A stretch of DNA of 37,769 nt from IMG/VR virus record IMGVR_UViG_3300045988_180316. One strand, 5' to 3'. Position numbers and translations under genes: made by a program. Below, piece after piece: positions 26,401 through 33,207 of this stretch (its first letter is position 1; every line of letters starts with the position of its first letter). The DNA comes from a virus. Its lineage: Duplodnaviria; Heunggongvirae; Uroviricota; Caudoviricetes. The notes under the pieces were generated by a model. That model made no database searches. It worked only from the letters and a program-made list of their open reading frames with translations, and was not told the DNA's origin.

Positions 26401-26660
26401 GCTGCAATTCCTCCCATCAGATAACCACCAGCAATCATCACTACCGCGAAGCAGGCTATGCCCACCATGGTCAATGCCACCTCGCCATAAGTAACCGTCT
26501 CTTCGCAGAGGTAGCTGAAGGTCTCGCTCCTGGTAGCCATGAGGCGCTTAGCCTCACGCTTGATTGCACACTTGAGGGATTTCATTCCCTCGTTCACATT
26601 CACGTGGATGCCGGCAGGCTTAGCCTGCATCGCATCATTTAATAAAATAGAATTCTGCAT
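26397..26660 (-). CDS. Small protein with a C-terminal TM helix
   Basis: 87 aa ending ...VALTMVGIACFAVVMIAGGYLMGGIAA. ATG 26660 lies 4 nt after repeat element E3. Confidence 0.55.
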   Translation of the reverse strand: MQNSILLNDAMQAKPAGIHVNVNEGMKSLKCAIKREAKRLMATRSETFSYLCEETVTYGEVALTMVGIACFAVVMIAGGYLMGGIAA

Positions 26661-26664
26661 ATTG

Positions 26665-26680
26665 CATCATCTGTTAAGCA
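26665..26680 (-). repeat. Element E3 (RNA: UGCUUAACAGAUGAUG), abuts the start codon
   Basis: Perfect 16-nt reverse complement of 26732-26747. Confidence 0.8.
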
Positions 26681-26712
26681 TTAGCAGCCAACTTGATTTC
26701 GTGAGAAAAGGG

Positions 26713-26795
26713 TGGCGGCTGCATTCCCCGTTGCTTAACAGATGATGACTTATCCGAGAGGACTAATCAAAAATCTACGGTTCATGCAGCCGCCA
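26713..26795 (-). repeat. 12-bp perfect inverted repeat enclosing E2
   Basis: TGGCGGCTGCAT (26713-26724) pairs with ATGCAGCCGCCA (26784-26795). Confidence 0.8.
26732..26747 (-). repeat. Element E2 (RNA: CAUCAUCUGUUAAGCA)
   Basis: Complementary to both E3 (16 nt) and E1 (14 nt). Confidence 0.8.
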
Positions 26796-26844
26796 TATTG
26801 GTACACCTTTTTCCCGTTGCCGGGAAAATGATACTCTTGGGCAT

Positions 26845-26875
26845 AAAAAAAGCCTGCGGCTGAGAAGCCATAGGC
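26845..26875 (-). terminator. Intrinsic terminator inside the leader
   Basis: Minus strand reads GCCUAUGGCU-UCUC-AGCCGCAGGC (9 of 10 pairs) followed by U7. It lies about 45-70 nt after the predicted TSS. Confidence 0.6.
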
Positions 26876-26904
26876 GAAACGGTCGCCCTGCCGGATAGAT
26901 TACT

Positions 26905-26918
26905 ATCATCTGTTAAGC
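26905..26918 (-). repeat. Element E1 (RNA: GCUUAACAGAUGAU), at the predicted 5' end of the transcript
   Basis: 14-nt direct repeat of 26666-26679. Confidence 0.8.
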
Positions 26919-26923
26919 GTTGG

Positions 26924-26955
26924 CAAAGGTAAGAAGAAAATCCGGAACCGCCAAA
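26924..26955 (-). promoter_or_regulatory. Full Bacteroidota promoter (-33 TTTG, 20-nt spacer, -7 TAccTTTG)
   Basis: Plus CAAAGGTA at 26924-26931 and CAAA at 26952-26955. The -33 box is formed by the end of the upstream terminator's U-run. Confidence 0.6.
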
Positions 26956-26984
26956 AAAAAAGCGAGAAATTTTCATTCCTCGCT
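26952..26984 (-). terminator. Rho-independent terminator of the secreted-protein gene
   Basis: Minus strand reads AGCGAG-(12 nt)-CUCGCU followed by U9. Confidence 0.7.
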
Positions 26985-27017
26985 CAATTTTATTTTCAAA
27001 ACATGTTTAATAACATA

Positions 27018-27416
27018 TTATTGCTCATCTTTGGTAATTAACCCTGCTCGAATCTCATCATCGTTCTTCACTCTCTTCACCAGAACATAGTGGAGAACAG
27101 CCCTGCCGGCACCCTCTGTTATATAATATGTCTTGTCAAGTTTCCAACCTTTCTTAGCCATATAATTCACGGCTGCCATGACGGTATTGAACTTGATCTG
27201 TTTGCCATCCTCACCATATAAGCTCTCGAAAGAACCTCCACCATTGGAGACTGCACCCATATCAAGCATGACCTTCACTTTGCCGACGCCCCAAAAGTTA
27301 TATGCCTTGAGGTCGCAATAAACCGGATACTTACCATCCTCAGACTGGATGGTGCTCTGCGCTCTAGCGCCAATAGCCATAAAAATGATGGCCATCATAA
27401 CTAAAAACCTTTTCAT
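27018..27416 (-). CDS. Small secreted protein (signal peptide), moron
   Basis: 132 aa. MKRFLVMMAIIFMAIGARA-QS is an SPase I-type signal with no lipobox Cys. The gene has its own -7 box and terminator. Confidence 0.7.
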   Translation of the reverse strand: MKRFLVMMAIIFMAIGARAQSTIQSEDGKYPVYCDLKAYNFWGVGKVKVMLDMGAVSNGGGSFESLYGEDGKQIKFNTVMAAVNYMAKKGWKLDKTYYITEGAGRAVLHYVLVKRVKNDDEIRAGLITKDEQ

Positions 27417-27443
27417 TTTTTAATGTTTAAATTTAAATCGATA

Positions 27444-27451
27444 CAAAAATA
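27444..27451 (-). promoter_or_regulatory. -7 box (TAttTTTG)
   Basis: Plus CAAAAATA lies 28 nt upstream of ATG 27416. Confidence 0.4.
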
Positions 27452-27544
27452 ACAATAAAATATTAGTTATTCTAACCATTTTATCTGTATTTATATAAAA
27501 TCTGCTGGAAATATGTTGTAGAGCATAAAAACGAGGGACTTTGG

Positions 27545-27581
27545 GAAGAAAAAAGCCCCGATGCATCACGCACCGGGGCTT
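27545..27581 (-). terminator. Rho-independent terminator after hicB
   Basis: 8-bp stem AAGCCCCG (27553-27560) / CGGGGCTT (27574-27581) followed by a U-run on the minus strand. Confidence 0.65.
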
Positions 27582-27647
27582 CTAAAGCGATCTTTTAATT
27601 TTTAATTGCATGAAGTACAATCGGCATGAAGCCGATCGAACTGTTCT

Positions 27648-28073
27648 TTAAACATACTGTAGAACTGGTCTATCTATCAAGAGTCCAGTATCTATATCTC
27701 CTTTAACTTTTGCTATACCTTGTCTAATTTTCTCCAAGCTTTTGCCTTGTGGTACCTTGATGCCTGCTGCATATTGTCGAAGCAACGAGGCGTTCATGCC
27801 GATATACTTGGCGAAGGCTGAGATACTTAGAGGATAGTAGTTGAAAAATGCCCCAACATCGAAGACGAAGTGAAACTCCAAGTCTGGGTACTCCTTACCT
27901 TCCTCCTCATAGAATTCTCTCATTTCCTTATCTGCAATGAGGAAATCTTCCATAGCAGCCTTTGCGGTCTTGCCGTCACCAATAAGGCCAAACGTCAAGT
28001 CATCAGTCCCAGTCATGAAGCAAGAATATAAATCCTTGCCAGACTCCACTACAACAGTAACTTTTCTTGCCAT
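27648..28073 (-). CDS. hicB: HicB-family antitoxin (N-terminal HicB fold plus C-terminal HTH)
   Basis: 141 aa: MARKVTVVVESGKDLYSCFMTG...TAKAAMEDF... with a C-terminal HTH-like ISAFAKYIGMNASLLRQYAAG. It lies downstream of hicA. Confidence 0.75.
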   Translation of the reverse strand: MARKVTVVVESGKDLYSCFMTGTDDLTFGLIGDGKTAKAAMEDFLIADKEMREFYEEEGKEYPDLEFHFVFDVGAFFNYYPLSISAFAKYIGMNASLLRQYAAGIKVPQGKSLEKIRQGIAKVKGDIDTGLLIDRPVLQYV

Positions 28074-28149
28074 ATCTTTCTATATATAAAGTTCATAATC
28101 AAAAGTGTCCTTCTTGCATACCAAGAAAATCATGGAAGAAGAACCTGGG

Positions 28150-28332
28150 CTAAAGCCCAAGTTCTTGATAGATAGATTTCAGAGTGCGAATATTCACCTC
28201 TTCAGTTCCATGCCGAGGAACGGCAGTGCTCTTCCCATTGGCTGGGTTGAACCAAATGTCGTGTCGGCCTCCATGACGAAGTAGAAAGCATCCCGCTTTC
28301 TTTAACTTCCGATACAGTTCACTGTATTTCAT
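28150..28332 (-). CDS. hicA: HicA-family mRNA interferase toxin
   Basis: 60 aa from ATG 28332: MKYSELYRKLKKAGCFLLRHGGRHDIWFNPANGKSTAVPRHGTEEVNIRTLKSIYQELGL, the typical HicA pattern. The track start at 28407 lies upstream of the promoter. Confidence 0.85.
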   Translation of the reverse strand: MKYSELYRKLKKAGCFLLRHGGRHDIWFNPANGKSTAVPRHGTEEVNIRTLKSIYQELGL

Positions 28333-28376
28333 AATCTCAGTATGTTTAAAGAACACTTTGTCCTTATTGGACGATG

Positions 28377-28408
28377 CAAAGGTAACAATAAAGTTATAAA
28401 TAACCAAA
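28377..28408 (-). promoter_or_regulatory. Full Bacteroidota promoter for hicAB
   Basis: Plus CAAAGGTA at 28377-28384 and CAAA at 28405-28408, with a 20-nt spacer. Confidence 0.6.
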
Positions 28409-28530
28409 TATTTCGGTAACTATTTTGTTATATTACCTAAGATTTAACATTTATACATAAAGATAAGCGATGTCCCTACCTCTTTTAGGCTCTTGCCAGA
28501 CCGCTTTCGCCGCTAGGCGAAAAATTTTCA

Positions 28531-28561
28531 GAAAAATAGGGAAGGTCGAAAAACCTTCCCT
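28531..28561 (-). terminator. Rho-independent terminator after radC
   Basis: 9-bp stem AGGGAAGGT (28538-28546) / ACCTTCCCT (28553-28561) followed by a U-run on the minus strand. Confidence 0.7.
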
Positions 28562-28576
28562 TGTACCTATTATATA

Positions 28577-29263
28577 TTATAGCTTTCCCTTGTCGTGGTA
28601 GCTGTAGAAGCCATCCTCGGCTAAGATGATGTGGTCCATCAAGAAGAGTCTCATCACCTCGCACGCCTTGGCTATCTTCTGCGTGAGCATATCGTCCGCC
28701 TTGCTCGGCTGCGTGCTGTTCGATGGGTGGTTGTGCGCCACGGCGATGATGGTTGCGTTGTTGAGCACGGCTTCTTTCATTATCAGCCTTATGTCCACCG
28801 CTGTGTCGGTGATGCCTCCCTCGCTGAGCTTCACACTCTTTATCAGTCTGAAGTTTTGGTTCATCAGCACTACCCAAAAGCCCTCTGTCTCATTGCTTCC
28901 CATCATCGGGCGAAGATAGTTGTAGAGTGCTAGGCTGCTGCCTAGGTCGGTATTACGTGCCACCTTTTCCATTTGGTAGCGTCTGCCTAGCTCGATGGCT
29001 GCCTGTAGGGCTATCGCCTTGCAGTCGCCGATGCCTGGTACCACCTCTAGGTCTTCGATTCTCGCCTTGCCGATATTGCGAAGTGAGTTGTCCATGATGT
29101 TATAAATCTGTCGTGCCTGCTCTTGGCTGTCCTTGGTACCTGCCCCTCTGTTGATTACCAAAGAAATCAAGTCAACGTTGGTTAGGGTGTCGAAGCCTTG
29201 GTTATAGGCTCTGTACTGCGGTCTCTCCTCCATACAAAGGTCGTTATAATTTTGTCGTATCAT
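28577..29263 (-). CDS. radC: RadC-like JAB/MPN-domain protein
   Basis: 228 aa with an HhH-like GIGDCKAIALQAAIELGRR and a JAMM motif ...ATIIAVAHNHPSNSTQPSKADDMLT.... Confidence 0.85.
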   Translation of the reverse strand: MIRQNYNDLCMEERPQYRAYNQGFDTLTNVDLISLVINRGAGTKDSQEQARQIYNIMDNSLRNIGKARIEDLEVVPGIGDCKAIALQAAIELGRRYQMEKVARNTDLGSSLALYNYLRPMMGSNETEGFWVVLMNQNFRLIKSVKLSEGGITDTAVDIRLIMKEAVLNNATIIAVAHNHPSNSTQPSKADDMLTQKIAKACEVMRLFLMDHIILAEDGFYSYHDKGKL

Positions 29264-29279
29264 AGCTATATTGTTTTAA

Positions 29280-29804
29280 TTAGTTATACATTCTCTTGGT
29301 TCTCGCTAGGAACATCGCTCCCATCACTTGTGCGCCACATTCTGCTAGCTCGTTGGCGAACTCTCGGGCGGTCGCACCGCTTGTCACCACATCGTCGAAG
29401 ATGATGACTTTCTTTCCGTTGAAATACTCTCTATCGAGTGCCACTCTGTAGTCGAAGCTCTCGCACACTCTGTCGGCGCTGAAGTGCTTTGCCGTGCGCT
29501 CGCCATAGATGGAAATGTGCTCGCTTCCGTTCTGTACCTTTGCGCCTTGGCTCACCTTTTGGGCGAAGCGAGAAAAGCGCTTGTTGTACTTCTTGGAGTT
29601 GGCTGCTGGTGCGCATACCATCACGAAGTCGCTGGCTTTGTCGCCATAGGTGTTGACGAAAGAGCTGACCACCATATCGGCTGCGGCGTCTGTCGCCCAC
29701 TGCTTGCCATCCTTGAAAGCAAAGATGAAGTTTCTCACTTGCTCGGCTTGCGCTGAGCGGTCGAAACGCTTGGAGTTGTACTCGTAATAATTGAAAGTTT
29801 TCAT
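29280..29804 (-). CDS. ComF-like phosphoribosyltransferase (type I PRTase domain)
   Basis: 174 aa with the PRPP-binding loop GKKVIIFDDVVTSGATAREF. It lacks an N-terminal zinc finger. Its stop lies 16 nt upstream of the radC ATG. Confidence 0.75.
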   Translation of the reverse strand: MKTFNYYEYNSKRFDRSAQAEQVRNFIFAFKDGKQWATDAAADMVVSSFVNTYGDKASDFVMVCAPAANSKKYNKRFSRFAQKVSQGAKVQNGSEHISIYGERTAKHFSADRVCESFDYRVALDREYFNGKKVIIFDDVVTSGATAREFANELAECGAQVMGAMFLARTKRMYN

Positions 29805-30596
29805 ACGCTCAAAATTTTTATTCTAGCCAGAGGGAGGAAGGAGCTTTTTGTTTGAACTCGTCTTTGCCTGCCCGTCTGAGAGTTTTTTTTATTCTGTCCG
29901 TCGGTCGTTTTTGTCGCTTTTTACGGTGCGATGCAGACGAGCGGAGAAGAGGTATGAAAGCCAAGGAATTTTGCAAAAAGTTTATGGAAAACCGCCATCT
30001 CTGATTGCGGAAGGCTGCCGAAAAGTTTTTGGAAAATAGATTTATCGGTACTTGGTGCATACCATCCGCCGTACCTTTGCACCCGAAAAAGAGATAATGA
30101 CCGATGGATAACCGATAAAGGGAAAAGCTCTCGGACAGGAAAAGCGGGCAAAGAAAAGGCTCTGCCTTACCTTGGTGGTTAAGCCTTAGCGACGTTTGAG
30201 CGCCATCACGGTCACCACCGCTTGAAAATTCGCAAATTTTAACCCTAGCGTATGAAATGAAAGATGGAAAATTTGCGTCATCAAAAACACCATGTTTTTC
30301 AGACTTCAGGAGGAAAAACATACCTTGGAGCGATGAAATCGCAGCATTTGGCAGGCTTCGACCCCGAGGTTGAAGATGCCAAATGTGTCGTTTTACGACA
30401 GGTTTTCCACACCCACGGATTGGAAAACCCCGATTTTATCGTGGTTTTAGGGATTCAAAGGGAAAATAATTCCCCTTTGTCGGCGATAGCACCCCCCACC
30501 GCCCTACGCCCGAGGGCGCCTTCCGCCCCCTTGGAAAAGACGGAATATGTAAAAGACCGTTAACGTTTTTGTAGGAATGTAAAAAGCCAAAAGGCA
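29805..30596. other. 0.8-kb region without convincing coding potential; GGAAAA/TGGAAAA motif array; candidate large ncRNA or protein-binding array
   Basis: Only junk-like ORFs occur here. GGAAAA appears 9 times on the plus strand (29986, 30031, 30121, 30138, 30266, 30312, 30422, 30461, 30533), and 5 of these extend to TGGAAAA. One inverted copy forms the 9-bp hairpin GGTTTTCCA-N11-TGGAAAACC (30401-30429). Confidence 0.45.
30072..30079 (+). promoter_or_regulatory. Lone canonical -7 box (TAccTTTG) on the plus strand within the non-coding region
   Basis: TACCTTTG at 30072-30079. No good -33 box is present, and no minus-strand -7 box occurs anywhere in 29805-30700. Confidence 0.3.
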
Positions 30597-30633
30597 CGAA
30601 AAAAGGGAACACGCTTCGCAGCGCACTCCCCTT
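30597..30633 (-). terminator. Rho-independent terminator after terL
   Basis: Minus strand reads AAGGGGA..CGCU-GCGA(GNRA)-AGCG..UUCCCUU followed by U6. One pair is G-U only on the minus strand. Confidence 0.6.
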
Positions 30634-30701
30634 ATCGGCGGTCAAGCAAGAATGCCAGCCACCTAACTTATATAAGAATCGTACTATCTAAAGAAATCAA
30701 A

Positions 30702-32303
30702 CTATAGCATGGAACCCGTGGCGATGTAGCCATCAGCCTGAGGGTATTTCTCCATGCCAATCATGAGCGTGTCGTAGGCATCGGAGCCATCGGTGCGAGC
30801 CTCCAACTTATCCTCCTCGGTCTCTGCCAGCTTCTCGCCTCGCTTATCCTTCTTGCCGTTGTAGACCCCGGCCAGGCGGATGGAGATGAGCAGGTCTTCG
30901 TTGTTCTCGCTGTTGATCATCGAGCGATGCTCAGCCTTGCCGAGGAACATGCGGTTGAGCAGAAGCATCTTTTCGAGATGTCCCATCGGGTTGCCCAGAT
31001 AGACCTCGTTGACATACCAGCCATGGTCGGTGAGGTAGTCGGTGATGAAGGTATGGAAGTCATCGTTCATCAGGGCGTAGTTGTTGCCCACGAAGGTGGA
31101 GTCGTAGTAGAAGTTGACCTCCTTGCACCGATGGTACTCATAGTACTGCATGAACTTGTCGAGCAGGGCGGGCAGCTTCTCCTCATACTTCACGAAGATG
31201 CTCTTGAGGCAGCGTGCCTCGCCCCGCAGGTTGTCTTGTCCGACGGCTATCCAGTTGATGAGGGCGTTGGCATCGAAGGCGATGCAGAGCGGACGGTCGG
31301 GGTCAACGTCGGCATCCATTCTGGAATCTACATGCTTGAGCTTGTCGATGTCGTAGCCTAAGCCATCGAGGTAGGCGAGGTTGGGCGCCGTGTATAGGTT
31401 GGCATCCCTGAGGTTGGAGTAGAAGCCATCGAGCGAGATGGAAGGCCGCTTGCACATGATGGAGGTCTGGAAGGTGAGGGCAGGGAGGTCTCGCTTCATC
31501 TGCTTGATGAACTCCATGCCGAGCACCTCGATGTTATAGACCGATGAGTACTCTTTATAGAAGAGTGCCTTGGAGCGCAGTTGCGCCAGGAGCTGACCAA
31601 TCTCTCGGAGTCGGCGCTGGGCATAGCCTGAGACATGGCCCGAGGTCTTGATGCGGTTGCGTATGTCATACTCCTCTACCACGAGCGAGGCGATGGCGTC
31701 GATGAGCAGCTGGTCGCAGTCTTTCTTGTAGTTGAGGAACCAGGAGCCCTTCTTGGTCACGGGCATATCAGAGGTGATGAGCATGCCATGGTGGTAGTAG
31801 TGCTGGCCGAAGAGGTTGACGTTGCCTCGATTGGCAGGGAAGGTCTCGTCTTTGAGCTGTTCGAAGTTGATGAACTTCGCCTCGTCGATGTCGAGGTAGT
31901 CGAGCGAGAGGGAGTTGGAGGTACCCTTGCGGTCTTGCGAGATGATGGTACCGATGGAGCCGTTATAGAAAGAGATGGTGTTCTCCCAGTTGCTGGGCGG
32001 TATGACCGGGTCGGGCCATCCCAGTTTTTTGGGAGGCTTGACCCCGATGAGATAATGCTTGCCCCGGTGGAAGCCCCATCGCTCCCAGTGCTGAAGCATC
32101 GACGGTATGGTGTTGGTGAGGCATCGCTTGGTGTTGGCGGATACGAAGCCGCCGTTGCTGCCAGGCATGCGCTGCATGTTGCGCAGGTTGAAGGTGGCGT
32201 GGAGAATGCTCTTGCCGATGCCTCGACCGCCCACGACCACGTTGTCGCGGGCGGAGATGAGGTTGACCTCCATCTGGGCTGGGTTGAGATATTGATCTAT
32301 CAT
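30702..32303 (-). CDS. terL: Terminase large subunit
   Basis: 533 aa with Walker A VVVGGRGIGKS, Walker B-like LDYLDIDEAKF and a C-terminal nuclease-sized domain. Confidence 0.88.
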   Translation of the reverse strand: MIDQYLNPAQMEVNLISARDNVVVGGRGIGKSILHATFNLRNMQRMPGSNGGFVSANTKRCLTNTIPSMLQHWERWGFHRGKHYLIGVKPPKKLGWPDPVIPPSNWENTISFYNGSIGTIISQDRKGTSNSLSLDYLDIDEAKFINFEQLKDETFPANRGNVNLFGQHYYHHGMLITSDMPVTKKGSWFLNYKKDCDQLLIDAIASLVVEEYDIRNRIKTSGHVSGYAQRRLREIGQLLAQLRSKALFYKEYSSVYNIEVLGMEFIKQMKRDLPALTFQTSIMCKRPSISLDGFYSNLRDANLYTAPNLAYLDGLGYDIDKLKHVDSRMDADVDPDRPLCIAFDANALINWIAVGQDNLRGEARCLKSIFVKYEEKLPALLDKFMQYYEYHRCKEVNFYYDSTFVGNNYALMNDDFHTFITDYLTDHGWYVNEVYLGNPMGHLEKMLLLNRMFLGKAEHRSMINSENNEDLLISIRLAGVYNGKKDKRGEKLAETEEDKLEARTDGSDAYDTLMIGMEKYPQADGYIATGSML

Positions 32304-32929
32304 AGTGCTTTGTCCTCCTTGACTTCTTCTGTAGGTGTATATTCCAAGAGCTGTTCGTCGTAGTCCTCGGCCTCGATCTTGACGAGATCCATGGAGTTGT
32401 CGGTGTATTTCTTGACGAGCTTCTTGATGGTCTGCATCACGTTAGGGATGCGCTTGAGACCCAAGTGTCGTGGGTCGGTGGTAGGGATGAAGACCTGAGG
32501 CTGAATCTGGTCGTAGCCGTTGTCGGTAGGATCCTCTTTGTCGAGCAGGTGATATTTGCCGTATGCCGCTGCGGCGGCAGCCATGGCCCGGGCATCGCCC
32601 ACGGAGTCGGCCTTGTCGTAGGTGCGCTGTATCATCTGGTCGAAGCGATAGCGGGCGAAGTCTTTTGACACTTTTTGCAGGTTGCCCAATATGAGCTTGA
32701 TGAGGTGCAGGTCGTTGTAAGCCATCATGCGCTGCACCTTGTAGTCGTGCATATCTTTATAGACCAGCTCTTGGTCGCTCTTGCGAGGGTTGATGAGCCA
32801 CCAGGCATAGAGGGCACGGATGCGCAAAATGCGGTCGCGCACTGGGGCGGGCACATTTTGCGCATCCATCTCTTCGGGTGTGCGGTCCATCAGTTCGATG
32901 ATGGCATCGATGTTGGCGGGTTCTCTCAT
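32300..32929 (-). CDS. Putative terminase small subunit / packaging accessory
   Basis: 209 aa, translationally coupled (ATGA) to terL. The call rests on position only. Confidence 0.4.
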   Translation of the reverse strand: MREPANIDAIIELMDRTPEEMDAQNVPAPVRDRILRIRALYAWWLINPRKSDQELVYKDMHDYKVQRMMAYNDLHLIKLILGNLQKVSKDFARYRFDQMIQRTYDKADSVGDARAMAAAAAAYGKYHLLDKEDPTDNGYDQIQPQVFIPTTDPRHLGLKRIPNVMQTIKKLVKKYTDNSMDLVKIEAEDYDEQLLEYTPTEEVKEDKAL

Positions 32930-33207
32930 ATTCTAATCTCCTCTAACATTTGGTTCAGATATTCGTGTGTGCGCTGCACCGCCTGTGGCGAGCCAGCCGC
33001 AGCCAGGTCTAGCTCGTTTTTGCGTATCTGCTGGCGCACCGTCGCCATGCCCAAGTAATAGACACGGTGAAGCTCGGAGTCGGGCTTCAGTATCTCGTCA
33101 CGCAGATCGTCCTCGCTAATATCCAAAAGGACGGACATCTCGGATATCGGAGTCAACGTCTCCGCGAAGTCTTGCACTTTTTTGAGTAATTCCTGAGAAA
33201 TTTCCAT
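32926..33207 (-). CDS. Small HTH-like protein in the packaging operon
   Basis: 93 aa. TPISEMSVLLDISEDDLRDEI resembles an HTH. The start has an ATGA overlap with the downstream gene. Confidence 0.45.
   Translation of the reverse strand: MEISQELLKKVQDFAETLTPISEMSVLLDISEDDLRDEILKPDSELHRVYYLGMATVRQQIRKNELDLAAAGSPQAVQRTHEYLNQMLEEIRI

Larger units (their letters stand above)
26661..26923 (-). ncRNA. Structured 5' leader / candidate small RNA
   Basis: Starts at a full promoter (26924-26955) and has no convincing ORF. It contains an intrinsic terminator, a GNRA hairpin (UUUUCCCG-GCAA-CGGGAAAA, 26809-26828), a 12-bp long-range helix and three copies of a 14-16-nt element. Confidence 0.45.

Noticed and set aside
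26782-26976. 64-aa minus-strand ORF in the structured leader. Short leader-peptide candidates of 29 and 43 aa were also considered.
   Set aside because: The 64-aa ORF starts upstream of the promoter inside the preceding terminator and runs through the leader's own terminator. The short ORFs have no supporting signal.
29818-30321. ORFs in the terL-PRTase gap: 29818-30321 (-) 167 aa, 29848-30039 (+), 29921-30151 (-) and 30436-30645 (-).
   Set aside because: The translations look like junk, with no start context and no recognisable motifs. 30436-30645 also runs through the terL terminator. The region is treated as non-coding, apart from the ambiguous 30264-30563 (+) ORF reported as a finding.
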